Shown: positions 30,344 through 40,568, counted from the first letter of the stretch. The stretch is 64,000 nt of DNA from Desulfatiglandales bacterium (GCA_963666345.1 OY762721.1:2976001-3040000), one strand, 5' to 3'. Translations and numbers: made by a program. The notes: a model not told the origin generated them from the sequence alone.

Positions 30344-30783
30344 AAGATGCCAATAACCAAGTTATGAAAATGGTCAAAGGGATGCAAGGAGAATCTAACT
30401 CCCTCTTTTGAGATGGTCTTTTTAGTGTTCAACCAATAAAATGACTCCTCTTATAATCTTATGAGACCTTTTCGTGAATATTTGATCAATACAAATATGA
30501 TTTGTCCTGTTTTTAAGCTCCCTATTATACCGCTATATGACGGATAAGCGAAAGGCAGGAGATTTTTTTGAAGAGATTCGGAATCGATTAAAACGGGAAA
30601 CCGCCTCAATGAAAAGATCCTCCGGCCTGTCCAGATAGCCGAAAAATTGATAATAAGAGTCCATAAGTTCCAGATTGGGGATAAATTTTAAATTTAATTG
30701 GAAATAATTGGTAATCCATAAATAAAATTGGTATTTTTATCAACATAATTAGGTTTTTATTCAAAAAAGTAATATTTAAATGT

Positions 30784-31129
30784 GGTTCTTCTCCCAATTA
30801 ATTGGGAGAAAGTGGCCAAGGATTCTAGGGTTCTAGGATTCAAGTGTTTGTTTTTTTTAATCGTTTTATCTGTAAGTAAAAGATATTTAAGTACAAGAAC
30901 TAATTATCTTTTTTACCTCAAGCACACGACTCTTAGATAAAAAAAGCTCAAAAGATGGCATTATTTACTTTAACGGCCTTATATTCCATCTATGGGCGAT
31001 ATAGAGTCTTGACATAATATAATATTGGGCTACGTTCATATTATCGTAATTATTAAGTCTTTCACTCGATCCCTTGACCCTTGGAATCCTTGAATCCTGA
31101 TCATCGACCAACTAATTTGGAGATGATCC
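30784..31129 (-). mobile_element. Small inverted-repeat element with 8-bp subterminal repeats and a heavily decayed four-helix-bundle gene
   Basis: Termini GGTTCTTCTCCCAATTAATTGG and CCAACTAATTTGGAGATGATCC; GG(A/G)TTC(T/A)A repeats inverted at the other end; minus-strand traces NNYDNMNVAQ, LYIAH, NKHLNP. Confidence 0.7.
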
Positions 31130-31190
31130 TTAAATATTAAACAAAACAATGATCCTTTTCAATGTTTGACTGTCTCAGACTCTTGATACC

Positions 31191-31826
31191 ATGCGCATTA
31201 CTATTATCTACGACAACCGGGTATGCAAAGAAGGGCTAAAGGCGGATTGGGGTTTTTCCTGCCTGATTCAGGATGAGGGAGTAAACCTGTTATTTGATAC
31301 TGGGGCCAGCGGGGCGATACTCCTTGAGAACATGAGGAAACTGGGAATCTCCCCTGAAAAGGTGGATGAGATTTTTATTTCACATTCCCATTTCGATCAC
31401 ACAGGGGGATTACGGGATTTTCTTGAAATAAACCCTTGCAAGGTCTATCTCCCCCGTTCATGCAGTCAACCTGACGGTGCTGGTGAAGTCGTACGGATCG
31501 ACGCTCCCGTGAGACTTCACGGATGTCTATACTCGACAGGGGAACTTGAGAAGATCGAGCAATCACTCATCGTGAAACTGGATGGGGGGCTTGCGGTTAT
31601 TGCAGGGTGTTCACACCCAGGTGTCGGCAGGATACTTGCACAGGCGCGGGAGCTTGGAAGGGTCAGAGCCCTTATAGGGGGGTTGCACGGTTTCAGGGAA
31701 TTTTTCCTTTTAAGAGATATCGATATTGTTTGCCCGACACACTGCACCCAGGCAGTAAGGGAAATCATGTCGCTTTTCCCTGAAAAATATGAAGAGGGAG
31801 GGGCAGGCAGGGTGCTGATGCTCTGA
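31191..31826 (+). CDS. Metallo-beta-lactamase-fold hydrolase
   Basis: WGFS, LFDTG, SHSHFDHTGG, GCSHPG, GGLH, PTHCT. Confidence 0.9.
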   Translation: MRITIIYDNRVCKEGLKADWGFSCLIQDEGVNLLFDTGASGAILLENMRKLGISPEKVDEIFISHSHFDHTGGLRDFLEINPCKVYLPRSCSQPDGAGEVVRIDAPVRLHGCLYSTGELEKIEQSLIVKLDGGLAVIAGCSHPGVGRILAQARELGRVRALIGGLHGFREFFLLRDIDIVCPTHCTQAVREIMSLFPEKYEEGGAGRVLML

Positions 31827-31922
31827 AGGAGACGTTCAGGTCATTTTCTACTTGAAAATATTTCATTTATTGGGCTAATCTAACAGCTTTCGTAAATACC
31901 TAAGAGGTGAAGGAGGCCTTTT

Positions 31923-32684
31923 ATGAAAATCGCGGTAAGCGGTAAGGGGGGCGTTGGCAAGACTACCTTCGCCTCTTTTCTAATTAGGGCCCTTGCTGAT
32001 GAGGGCAAAAAAGTCCTGGCCATTGATGCCGATCCGGATGCAAATCTTGCACAGGCGCTTGGTGTCGATAACAGCGAGGACATAGTCCCTGTAGCTCAAA
32101 TGAAGGAGCTGATCGAGGAAAGAACAGAGGCCAGGCCAGGGACAATGGGCTCCTTTTTCAAGCTCAATCCGACTGTAAACGACCTTCCCGACAGGTTATC
32201 CGTAGAGGTCGACGGCATAAAGCTTATGGTCATGGGAAGCGTAAAGACGGGAGGAGCCGGATGTGTTTGCCCTGAAAGTGTGCTTCTCAAGCACCTGGTC
32301 AGGCATGTAGTGCTGGCAAGGGATGAGGCGGTCGTTATGGATATGGAGGCGGGGCTTGAACATCTTGGAAGAGGAACGGCAATGTCGGTTGATATGCTTG
32401 TCGTTGTTGTTGAGCCGGGAAGAAGGAGTATCGAAACGGCCCATCAGATCAGGAGGCTTGCCGGAGACATAGGCATAAAAAAACTCAGCTTTGTAGGTAA
32501 CAAGATAAGGTCTGAAAAGGATCGGGATTTTCTGGTCAAACAGATGCCCGACTTTGAGTTCCTCGGATTTCTTCCCTATAAAACGAATATAATGGATGCG
32601 GATCTTGAGGGACGCCCGCCCTTTGAAAATGACAGGGAAACACTGGCTGAAGTAAGCTCCATGATTCCCAAACTGGAGTCATAA
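31923..32684 (+). CDS. cooC: CO dehydrogenase/ACS nickel-insertion ATPase CooC
   Basis: SGKGGVGKTT, IDADPDANL, GCVCP, DMEAGLEHLGRGT. Confidence 0.92.
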   Translation: MKIAVSGKGGVGKTTFASFLIRALADEGKKVLAIDADPDANLAQALGVDNSEDIVPVAQMKELIEERTEARPGTMGSFFKLNPTVNDLPDRLSVEVDGIKLMVMGSVKTGGAGCVCPESVLLKHLVRHVVLARDEAVVMDMEAGLEHLGRGTAMSVDMLVVVVEPGRRSIETAHQIRRLAGDIGIKKLSFVGNKIRSEKDRDFLVKQMPDFEFLGFLPYKTNIMDADLEGRPPFENDRETLAEVSSMIPKLES

Positions 32685-32772
32685 GCTGCCTAGGAGCCTT
32701 TACTCCCTTTAGGATACCCCATAAGCGAAACAGAAAAGAATTTAGCAAAATTGATAAGGAGAAACAAAAAAC

Positions 32773-33858
32773 ATGGCAAGGAGAATACATAATTTTAATG
32801 CAGGTCCTGCGGCGCTTCCTCTGCCCGTTTTGGAAGAAATCAGGGATGAGATGATCGATTACAAGGGCTCGGGGATGTCGATCCTTGAGGTCAGCCATCG
32901 TTCCAAATGGTTTGACGACGTCATTAACGAGGCAGTAGAAAGGACAAAAAGGCTTCTGTCGCTGGGAGACGACTATGAGGTCCTCTTCATTCAGGGGGGA
33001 GCCAGCCTTCAGTTCTGTATGGTCCCGATGAACCTAGCTGTGGATGGAAGCCCTCTTGATTTTGTGGATACAGGCACATGGTCTGCCAAGGCCATCAAGG
33101 AGGCGAAAATTCAGGGAAAGGATGTGAGGGTGCTGGCATCTTCAGAAGACCGTAATTATTCCTACATACCAAGGCAGTTTGAGTCAAACAGCGACGCGGC
33201 ATATTTCTACTTTACATCCAATAATACCATAAAGGGTACCCAATGGGCCGGTTTCCCGGATACGGGGGATGTTCCACTTGTCTGCGACATGTCTTCCGAT
33301 TTTCTGAGTCGCCCGTTTGACGTTCGTCCATTTGGACTGATCTTTGCGGGGGCCCAGAAAAATATCGGTCCTTCCGGAACGGCCATGGTCATCGTCAGAA
33401 AGGACATGCTTGACAGGACTCCTGACAGCATACCCACGATGCTGAAATACACCACCTTCTCAAACAAGAATTCCATGTTCAATACCCCGGCCTGTTTTGT
33501 GATCTATTCGATCAATCTTGTGCTCAAGTGGCTCGAAGATTCAGTCGGCGGGCTTGATAAGATGTATCTCCTAAATAAGGAAAAGGCGGGCCTTCTCTAT
33601 GACTTCATAGACAGGTCCGATTTCTACAGAGGCACTGCTGAAAAGGACAGCCGTTCTTTGATGAATGTTACTTTCAGGCTTCCCAGTGAAGAGCTTGAGA
33701 AAAAGTTTGTGGAAGAGGCATTGAAGCGGGACCTTGGCGGACTGAAGGGACACAGGTCTGTCGGGGGATGCAGGGCGTCTATCTACAATGCGGTGGGCAT
33801 GGATGCGCTAAAGGCGCTTGTTGAATTCATGGGTGAGTTTGAAAAAAAGGCTGATTGA
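32773..33858 (+). CDS. serC: Phosphoserine aminotransferase
   Basis: NFNAGPA, SHRS, AGAQKNIGP, GHRSVGGCRAS. Confidence 0.97.
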   Translation: MARRIHNFNAGPAALPLPVLEEIRDEMIDYKGSGMSILEVSHRSKWFDDVINEAVERTKRLLSLGDDYEVLFIQGGASLQFCMVPMNLAVDGSPLDFVDTGTWSAKAIKEAKIQGKDVRVLASSEDRNYSYIPRQFESNSDAAYFYFTSNNTIKGTQWAGFPDTGDVPLVCDMSSDFLSRPFDVRPFGLIFAGAQKNIGPSGTAMVIVRKDMLDRTPDSIPTMLKYTTFSNKNSMFNTPACFVIYSINLVLKWLEDSVGGLDKMYLLNKEKAGLLYDFIDRSDFYRGTAEKDSRSLMNVTFRLPSEELEKKFVEEALKRDLGGLKGHRSVGGCRASIYNAVGMDALKALVEFMGEFEKKAD

Positions 33859-33882
33859 AGACAGAAAGGTCGAGGTTAAGGT

Positions 33883-35274
33883 TTGAAAAGGACAAGGATA
33901 GCCCAGGTTTTTTCATCAGGAAAGATAGGACAGAGCTATCGTGTGGCTGGCTGGGTAAGGACAAGGCGGGATTCAAAGGGCGGCTTTTCATTTATCGAAA
34001 TAAACGACGGGTCATGCCTTAAAGGTATCCAGGTAATAGCTGAAAACAGTCTCCCCAATTATGAGGAAGATATACTGGGGCTGCACACTGGTTGTTCGAT
34101 AAAGGTTTCAGGTGTTCTTTCCGAATCACCCGGCAAAGGCCAGAAGGTGGAACTCAAGGCTGAAGAGATAGAGGTGCTGGGCCGGTCTGACCCGGATAAT
34201 TATCCTCTTCAGAAAAAGAGGCATTCATTTGAATTCCTTCGCACGATCGCGCACCTCAGACCGAGAACCAACACCTTCGGGGCGGTGGCAAGAATAAGAA
34301 GCGCGATGAGTCATGCCATCCATTCCTATTTCCAGGACAGGGGTTTCATATATCTGCATTCTCCCATTATCACAGGCAGTGATTGTGAGGGGGCAGGTGA
34401 GATGTTCAGGGTAACCACCCTTGATCTTGAAAATCTCCCGGTCAATGAGGGGTCTGTGGATTATGACAAGGATTTTTTCGGTTCCCCGGCCGCCCTTACA
34501 GTCAGCGGTCAGCTGGAGGCCGAGATCTATGCCCTTGCCATGGGGGACGTGTACACGTTCGGGCCTACCTTCAGGGCGGAAAATTCAAATACCTCAAGAC
34601 ATCTGGCCGAATTCTGGATGGTAGAGCCTGAGATGGCCTTTTGCGACGCCAGGGGAAACGCGGAGCTTGCCCAGGATTTTTTGAAGTATATCTTCTCATT
34701 CCTTCTCAATAAATGTGAGGAGGATCTGGCATTTTTCAACCGCTTCATCGATTCCACGGTCCTTGAAACCATGGAGGCACTGGTATGCCGTGATTTTGTT
34801 TACCTCTCCTATACGGAAGGGGTGGAGATACTGCTTAAGGCAAAGGAAAAATTCGAATACCCCGTGAGCTGGGGGATCGATCTCCAGTCGGAACATGAAC
34901 GGTACCTTTGTGAGAAGGTATTTGACGGACCTGTCATACTTGTGGACTATCCGAAGGATATAAAGGCCTTCTACATGAAGCTGAACGATGATGGGAAAAC
35001 CGTGCGCGCAATGGACGTACTGGTTCCGAAGATAGGAGAAATCATCGGTGGAAGTCAGCGCGAGGATGATTATGATACGCTCCTTGTCAGGATAAAAGAG
35101 ATGGGGCTTGATCCTGATGATTACCGGTGGTACCTGGATCTCAGGAAATTCGGAACGGCTCCTCACTCAGGTTTCGGACTCGGCTTTGAGAGACTAATTC
35201 AGTTTGTTACAGGGCTGTCCAATATCAGAGATGTGATCCCTTTCCCCAGGACCCCGGGAAACGTGAGTTTCTAA
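33883..35274 (+). CDS. asnS: Asparagine--tRNA ligase
   Basis: [35 protein letters not shown] start. Confidence 0.97.
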   Translation: MKRTRIAQVFSSGKIGQSYRVAGWVRTRRDSKGGFSFIEINDGSCLKGIQVIAENSLPNYEEDILGLHTGCSIKVSGVLSESPGKGQKVELKAEEIEVLGRSDPDNYPLQKKRHSFEFLRTIAHLRPRTNTFGAVARIRSAMSHAIHSYFQDRGFIYLHSPIITGSDCEGAGEMFRVTTLDLENLPVNEGSVDYDKDFFGSPAALTVSGQLEAEIYALAMGDVYTFGPTFRAENSNTSRHLAEFWMVEPEMAFCDARGNAELAQDFLKYIFSFLLNKCEEDLAFFNRFIDSTVLETMEALVCRDFVYLSYTEGVEILLKAKEKFEYPVSWGIDLQSEHERYLCEKVFDGPVILVDYPKDIKAFYMKLNDDGKTVRAMDVLVPKIGEIIGGSQREDDYDTLLVRIKEMGLDPDDYRWYLDLRKFGTAPHSGFGLGFERLIQFVTGLSNIRDVIPFPRTPGNVSF

Positions 35275-35350
35275 GGGCATCCTTCTGCCTTTACGAATCG
35301 GTTTATGAAGGTCCAGGCATTTTTGAGGAAAACATTAAGGTAATCTCTTC

Positions 35351-36070
35351 ATGGAAATAATCAGGAAGAGCTGCGCAAAAGGCGCTCTGGAGGTCGAAGG
35401 GCTCACAGTGGTTATAGATGTATTCAGGGCCTTTTCCTGTGAGCCGCTTTTTTTTCATTTCGGGGCAAAAAGGGTGATCCTTGAGGCCGACCCTGTTGAA
35501 GCGGTTTCGCTCAAGGAAAAAAACCGTGAATACATACTTGCCGGAGAGGTCGATGAGGTCCCGATAGAGGGAGCGGATCTGGGCAACTCCCCATCGCAGA
35601 TTATACTGAAGGGGGATAGCTATTTCAGAGGGAAGACCGTGGTTCACCGGACAACGGCGGGAGTGACAGGCACGGCTACCGCCCTTGAACGGGCGGATGA
35701 AGTTATTCTTGGAAGTTTTGTCATGGCTAAGGCTATCGCAGGACACATAAAAAAGGCAAGCCCTGATAAGGTAACCCTTCTCGCCATGGGGCACAGGGCA
35801 AAGGAGAGATCCCCGGAGGATGAGGCATGCGCCGATTACCTGGAACACCTTTTGACGGGAAAACCCCATGACCCTGTCGCCCTTTTCAGGGATGTGGTAT
35901 TTCAGCCGACCGCCCAACGTTTCATCAAAGGGGTAAAGCCTTATCTTCCAAGGGAGGATCCTCTATTCTGTCTTCAGAAGGACCTCTTCGATTTTGTCTT
36001 AAGGGCAGTGAGGGTCAAAGAAAGAATAGAGGTTGAGATGACCCCGGCAGGGTGGAAAACACTCATTTAA
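35351..36070 (+). CDS. comB: 2-phosphosulfolactate phosphatase family protein
   Basis: VVIDVFRA, LAGE, DLGNSP, RTTAG, EDEACA. Confidence 0.85.
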   Translation: MEIIRKSCAKGALEVEGLTVVIDVFRAFSCEPLFFHFGAKRVILEADPVEAVSLKEKNREYILAGEVDEVPIEGADLGNSPSQIILKGDSYFRGKTVVHRTTAGVTGTATALERADEVILGSFVMAKAIAGHIKKASPDKVTLLAMGHRAKERSPEDEACADYLEHLLTGKPHDPVALFRDVVFQPTAQRFIKGVKPYLPREDPLFCLQKDLFDFVLRAVRVKERIEVEMTPAGWKTLI

Positions 36071-36099
36071 CCGGGATCATAAAGACCTTATTTCTGACA

Positions 36100-36540
36100 T
36101 CAATATGTATCAAATGCTTCAGGGAATTTTTCCACAAAGGCCTTTATCTCATCGCGTACCCTCCTGTAAGGCGCCAACTGCTCTTCACTGTTTTTTGCGT
36201 CAGCTGCGATCCCGGGCGGGTCGTCAAAGCCCCTGTGAATGACCCTTGTCCCGGCAGGGAAAAAAGGGCACGACTCCTTTGCATGGTCACACAGGGTTAT
36301 GACATAGTCAAAGGAGGCGTCTCCCAGATCATCAATCGATTTAGACCACTGGCCTGATACATCCACACATACTTCTGCCATAACCTCAATGGCCCGTCTG
36401 TCTATCTGTTTCGGTTCAACACCTGCGGAGGATACCTCTATGGTGTCGCCTTTGAGATGCCTGGTCCAGCCTTCGGCCATCTGGCTCCTGCAGGAGTTAC
36501 CTGTGCACAGAAAGAGTATTTCGATCTTTTTCCCTGCCAT
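36100..36540 (-). CDS. arsC: Thioredoxin-dependent arsenate reductase (LMW-PTP fold)
   Basis: FLCTGNSCRSQMAEG, TLC...CP, FDDP, VRDEI. Confidence 0.93.
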   Translation of the reverse strand: MAGKKIEILFLCTGNSCRSQMAEGWTRHLKGDTIEVSSAGVEPKQIDRRAIEVMAEVCVDVSGQWSKSIDDLGDASFDYVITLCDHAKESCPFFPAGTRVIHRGFDDPPGIAADAKNSEEQLAPYRRVRDEIKAFVEKFPEAFDTY

Positions 36541-36593
36541 GCTATTTCCCTTTCCTATTTTCATAAACGGGCCCAGCCTCCACTTATAAGCGG

Positions 36594-36827
36594 CTACCTT
36601 TTCAACCACTCGGATATCTCTTTTTTCGCGGGCACCTTTCCGACGCATTTTACCTCGGAATCGACTATTACGGCAGGGGTCATGAACACGCCATGCCTTG
36701 CTATTTCCATGGTGTCGGTGACCTTTATCACCTCCGCGGAAATGCCTGATTCCGCCAGAACCTCCCTGACCAGTTCTTCCGTCATTTTACACTTGGCGCA
36801 TCCCGGTCCAAGTACCTTTATTTCCAT
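36594..36827 (-). CDS. MTH895-like small thioredoxin-fold protein
   Basis: IKVLGPGCAKC, TPA. Confidence 0.9.
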   Translation of the reverse strand: MEIKVLGPGCAKCKMTEELVREVLAESGISAEVIKVTDTMEIARHGVFMTPAVIVDSEVKCVGKVPAKKEISEWLKR

Positions 36828-36964
36828 ATGTAACCTCCTCTGATTAACGGGTTGCCGGTTTTATTTGATTGTTATATGGACCTCTTATCCGACTTGATAG
36901 GAGAAGGGGTCCAGGGGTTAAGGGACTCAAGAAAACTGATCCCCGGCTTATTTGAAGTCGATTC

Positions 36965-37795
36965 TCATATCGGCAGATTAAGCCATGCAAAAAGGCCTGT
37001 CATCTTAAGGCCCATATAGAGCATTACTATTATAAAGATATATTTGAGCTGCTTTGCAGGGATGAGGTGGGCGATCCTTGCGCCCACTACCGCCATGGGT
37101 ATGCTGCAACCGGCAAGAAGTATCCACTGAAGCCAGTTGAGGTAGCCTGTCGAGTACGGCGGGAGCCCTTCAATGCCGAGGCCGTTGATCAAAAAGGAAA
37201 AGGCTCCTCCAAAGGCGGTAAAGATCATAAGGGCGGTTGACGTGCCCACTGCCTGGTGCATGCCGAATCCGAGGAAAAAGACCATAACCGGAATCATGAG
37301 GACCCCGCCGCCTATCCCCACTATCCCTGAAACAATACCGAGGGGAAAACCCCATAAGGCGTATAATGAAAGAGAGGGACTGGGTTTTTCCTCAGCCTTG
37401 GGCGGTTTTGCCGTGAGCATCCTGAGCGCACCCAGAATTACGGCGATTCCAAAGGATATGGTCAATACCCGCCCCGGGAGATGAGATGCGATAAATGCCC
37501 CTAAAAAGGCCCCTATGGCACCGGTTACCCCTAGTATTACCCCGGCCTTCCAGATGACGGCACCCTTTCTGTGATGAGTCATGGCACCGCTAAGCGCGGT
37601 TGGAAGCACCACCAGCAGGTTCGTTCCAAAGGCTATGCGTATGGCAGTGGTGGGGTCAACTCCTATGGATTTAAGTGCCCAGAACTGGACCGGAACCATT
37701 ATGAAGCATCCTCCTACTCCAAGTAAACCTGATGCAAACCCGACAACCACACCTGTAATGAGTAAAGAGATTATCTGTACCGCATGAAGTTCCAC
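36965..37795 (-). CDS. TauE/SafE family membrane exporter
   Basis: Duplicated SGLLGVGG and SGIVGIGGG motifs, AVGTS, multiple TM segments. Confidence 0.9.
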   Translation of the reverse strand: MELHAVQIISLLITGVVVGFASGLLGVGGCFIMVPVQFWALKSIGVDPTTAIRIAFGTNLLVVLPTALSGAMTHHRKGAVIWKAGVILGVTGAIGAFLGAFIASHLPGRVLTISFGIAVILGALRMLTAKPPKAEEKPSPSLSLYALWGFPLGIVSGIVGIGGGVLMIPVMVFFLGFGMHQAVGTSTALMIFTAFGGAFSFLINGLGIEGLPPYSTGYLNWLQWILLAGCSIPMAVVGARIAHLIPAKQLKYIFIIVMLYMGLKMTGLFAWLNLPI

Positions 37796-37828
37796 TTCTG
37801 TCTTTTGCCTCCGATTGTACTGTTATAA

Positions 37829-38315
37829 AAAGTGACTAAAATGACTAAAGTGACTAAAGTTAATAAAGTGCCTAAAGTTAAAAGTTAAAGTTCTTCTCCA
37901 ACTTAGTTGTCGAAGAGGGGCCAAGGGTTCCAGGATTCAAGGGTTCGAGAATAACCCGACTCACCCGGTATCATGGCTCAGGATTTCCGGTTCACAGACT
38001 GAACCATATGCAATATAGAGAACACATACCCTAAGACGATATTCCATGGTATGGAAACCTCGGATAATACCCTATTGCTCATCTTCTGAATAAAACGTTT
38101 CGTTTTTTTATAGACATGCAGACAAGGAATATCCGATTTTTGTGGATGTTTAAGCCCCTCTAATCTTAAAGCCTTTCACTCGAACCCTCGGCCCCTTGAA
38201 ACCGGGAACCCGCTGCGAAGCAGTTGGACTGAGCGAAGCGCAAGCGGAGTAAAGAATCCTGCATTTTGAACAACTCTTTTGGAGATGATCCTAAGTTAAT
38301 AAAGTGACTAAAATT
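37829..38315. repeat. Degenerate 9-bp tandem repeat (AAAGTGACT) array interrupted by an inserted element
   Basis: AGTGACTAAAATGACTAAAGTGACTAAAGTTAATAAAGTGCCTAAAG at 37831-37889 resumes as TAAGTTAATAAAGTGACTAAAA at 38292. Confidence 0.75.
37889..38291 (-). mobile_element. Second copy of the inverted-repeat element, with decayed four-helix-bundle (23S-IVS protein family) pseudogene
   Basis: Termini GTTCTTCTCCAACTTAGTTG and CAACTCTTTTGGAGATGATCC; minus-strand peptides VSIPWNIVLGY and LYIAYGSVCEPE resemble the family motifs SIPSNIAEG and GSxxE. Confidence 0.78.
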
Positions 38316-38425
38316 TTGGAACCGCTTTGGTCTGTATATTTTTTAAGTGAGCAGTATCCATCTAATTTGGTTTTTTCTCACCTTTTAGTTTATCTCGAAG
38401 CCAGTCACAGCAACATTGCCCCTCT

Positions 38426-38920
38426 CTACTTTTGTGCCTCTTTGAGCCACTTTACAAGTTGAACCTTTGACGGGATCTTACCCACGGCCATTACCTTTTC
38501 GTTTATAACCAGGGCAGGGGTACCCATGACCCTATAGCCTGCGATGTCATTTATATCGGTTACATGCTCCAGGTCTGCGGCAAGCCCGGTTTCCGTCATG
38601 GCCTGCATGATCTCTTTTTCAAGACTGTAGCACCTGGGACAGCCAGGCCCCAGCACCTTGATTTCAATCCCTTCGGGTCTTTCCCTGCCGGAGTCTATAC
38701 CCATGGATATCTTGAACTGCCTCAAAAAGGCCTTTGCATATTCACCCATTGATTTGTCAGGGATATAATTTTTTCGGGAAAGTAGCCCCGTAAGTTCATC
38801 AGTTATCTCCTGGTCTGTTTTGCCTTTGCAGGCCTGTGCGATAAGATCGATCGCCTCTTTTAGGCCTGTTATGCCTGTCTTGTTTGAACCGACCCTGATA
38901 TAGGAAATTTGGTCCGTCAC
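38426..38920 (-). CDS. MTH895-like thioredoxin with N-terminal extension
   Basis: C-terminal IKVLGPGCPRC...GTPAL; N-terminal NYIP-containing domain. Confidence 0.85.
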   Translation of the reverse strand: MTDQISYIRVGSNKTGITGLKEAIDLIAQACKGKTDQEITDELTGLLSRKNYIPDKSMGEYAKAFLRQFKISMGIDSGRERPEGIEIKVLGPGCPRCYSLEKEIMQAMTETGLAADLEHVTDINDIAGYRVMGTPALVINEKVMAVGKIPSKVQLVKWLKEAQK

Positions 38921-38930
38921 TTTTCCCCTT

Positions 38931-40103
38931 TCAGCCTGCTATGAATCCATAGAACATCCCTGCCATTGTAGAAAGGACTACTATTATGACAGAGAAGGTG
39001 ACTGTCTTTTTTACGCCCATGACGCTTCCTATGACCAGCATGTTGGGGAGCGACAGGGCAGGGCCTGCAAGAAGAAGCGACAGGGCAGGGCCCTTTCCCA
39101 TGCCGGCCCCTATAAGGCCCTGGAGGATCGGCACCTCGGTAAGGGTGGCAAAATACATGAGCGCACCTGAAACCGCTGCGAACAGATTGGCCCAGAGGGA
39201 ATTGCCGCCCAGCAGTCCTGCCACGTATTTGTCCGGAATAAGGGCTGGATGTCCCGGACGGCCGAGCATGAATCCGGCCACAAGAACACCTGCAAAAAGA
39301 AGGGGGAGTATCTGCTTCATGAAACCCCATGTGGAATCAATCCAGCTAATGCGTTCCTCACCCGTGAACCATTTTTTAAGTAAAATAAAAAGCATAATCA
39401 GAAGCCCCGCAGTAACGAACCACTTGGTGGAAAAAAGGGCATGCCAGATGCCGTTTGCCCCTTCAGCAGGTCTTGCAAAGGCGGCAAAAATAAGTATCAG
39501 CACCAGGTTCAGCATAAACAAAGAGTCCTGTAACAGGCTGCGGCCTTTTTCTTCTTCATCCGGGAGGTATATATTTCCCCCGGTCCTTTCCCTGTCTTCC
39601 TTTCTGAAGAAAAATGCCATTAAAAGACCTGTGATTACGGCAAAAAGGATTGCGCCGAGCGCCCTGGCCAGCCCTATCTGCCAGCCCAGGATTCTGGCCG
39701 TTAATACGATTGCAAGGACATTTATCGCCGGACCTGAATAGAGAAATGCCGTGGCAGGACCTATTCCCGCTCCCCTGGTGTAGATTCCCGCAAAAAGCGG
39801 GAGGACCGTGCAGGAGCATACGGCAAGAACGGCGCCTGAAACGGATGCCACGGAATAGGAAAGGACCTTATTGGCTGCGGCCCCGAAGTATCTGAGCACG
39901 GATGTCCGGGATATGAAGACGGATATTGCGCCCGCGATGAAAAATGCAGGAATAAGACATGTGAGCACATGCTCCCTGGCGTACTCCTGGAGCATAAGAA
40001 ATGCCTCGACCAGGGACCTGCTGATCGCAGGGCTGCCCCAGGGAACGTAATAGGCGGCAAGAAAGACAGAGACTATGAGTGCGATGCTGAATCTATTTTT
40101 CAT
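38931..40103 (-). CDS. arsP: ArsP/DUF318 permease
   Basis: LAVCSCTVLP, FLYSGPAIN, YFATLTEVP, LLAGPALSLP. Confidence 0.88.
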   Translation of the reverse strand: MKNRFSIALIVSVFLAAYYVPWGSPAISRSLVEAFLMLQEYAREHVLTCLIPAFFIAGAISVFISRTSVLRYFGAAANKVLSYSVASVSGAVLAVCSCTVLPLFAGIYTRGAGIGPATAFLYSGPAINVLAIVLTARILGWQIGLARALGAILFAVITGLLMAFFFRKEDRERTGGNIYLPDEEEKGRSLLQDSLFMLNLVLILIFAAFARPAEGANGIWHALFSTKWFVTAGLLIMLFILLKKWFTGEERISWIDSTWGFMKQILPLLFAGVLVAGFMLGRPGHPALIPDKYVAGLLGGNSLWANLFAAVSGALMYFATLTEVPILQGLIGAGMGKGPALSLLLAGPALSLPNMLVIGSVMGVKKTVTFSVIIVVLSTMAGMFYGFIAG

Positions 40104-40149
40104 GATATGAATACCTTGTTAAGATTCGGAATTTTTCGATGAAATATTT

Positions 40150-40171
40150 ATACATTGCTATATGACAATAT
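40150..40171. promoter_or_regulatory. Putative ArsR operator upstream of the permease
   Basis: Imperfect palindrome ATACATTGCTATATGACAATAT, similar to 40545-40568. Confidence 0.45.
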
Positions 40172-40188
40172 TATAAGGGCAAAAAAAA

Positions 40189-40533
40189 TTACCTTTTACA
40201 GATCTCCTCTCTTCTTATAATGGGAAGCCTGTTCACAAGCCCTTTTACCTCTTCGTCGTTTTCAAGCCAGTGCTTGAGGTTCCCCAGCAGGGTGGAGGCG
40301 TAGGCAGAAGAGGTTCCCTCCGAGAGTATATAATTTACCCAAAGTCCGTCTTTTGCCGATCTTAAGAAACCTGCGTCCTCAAGGACCTTGAGGTGCTTTG
40401 ATACGGTAGGCTGGGCGATACCCAGGGCTGACTGCATTTCACAAACGCACATTGATTTGTGTTGCAGCATCTTTATTATCTTTACCCTGTTGGGATCTGA
40501 AAGGGCCTTCATTACCTTGACGAATTCTTTCAT
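40189..40533 (-). CDS. arsR: ArsR/SmtB metalloregulator
   Basis: KALSDPNR, MCVCE, QPTVSKHLKVL, GLWVNY. Confidence 0.95.
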   Translation of the reverse strand: MKEFVKVMKALSDPNRVKIIKMLQHKSMCVCEMQSALGIAQPTVSKHLKVLEDAGFLRSAKDGLWVNYILSEGTSSAYASTLLGNLKHWLENDEEVKGLVNRLPIIRREEICKR

Positions 40534-40544
40534 CAGTATTCTCC

Positions 40545-40568
40545 ATATATTCTTTTACGGCAATATAT
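40545..40568. promoter_or_regulatory. Putative ArsR operator upstream of arsR
   Basis: ATATATTCTTTTACGGCAATATAT imperfect palindrome; TTGACA on the minus strand just upstream. Confidence 0.5.
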
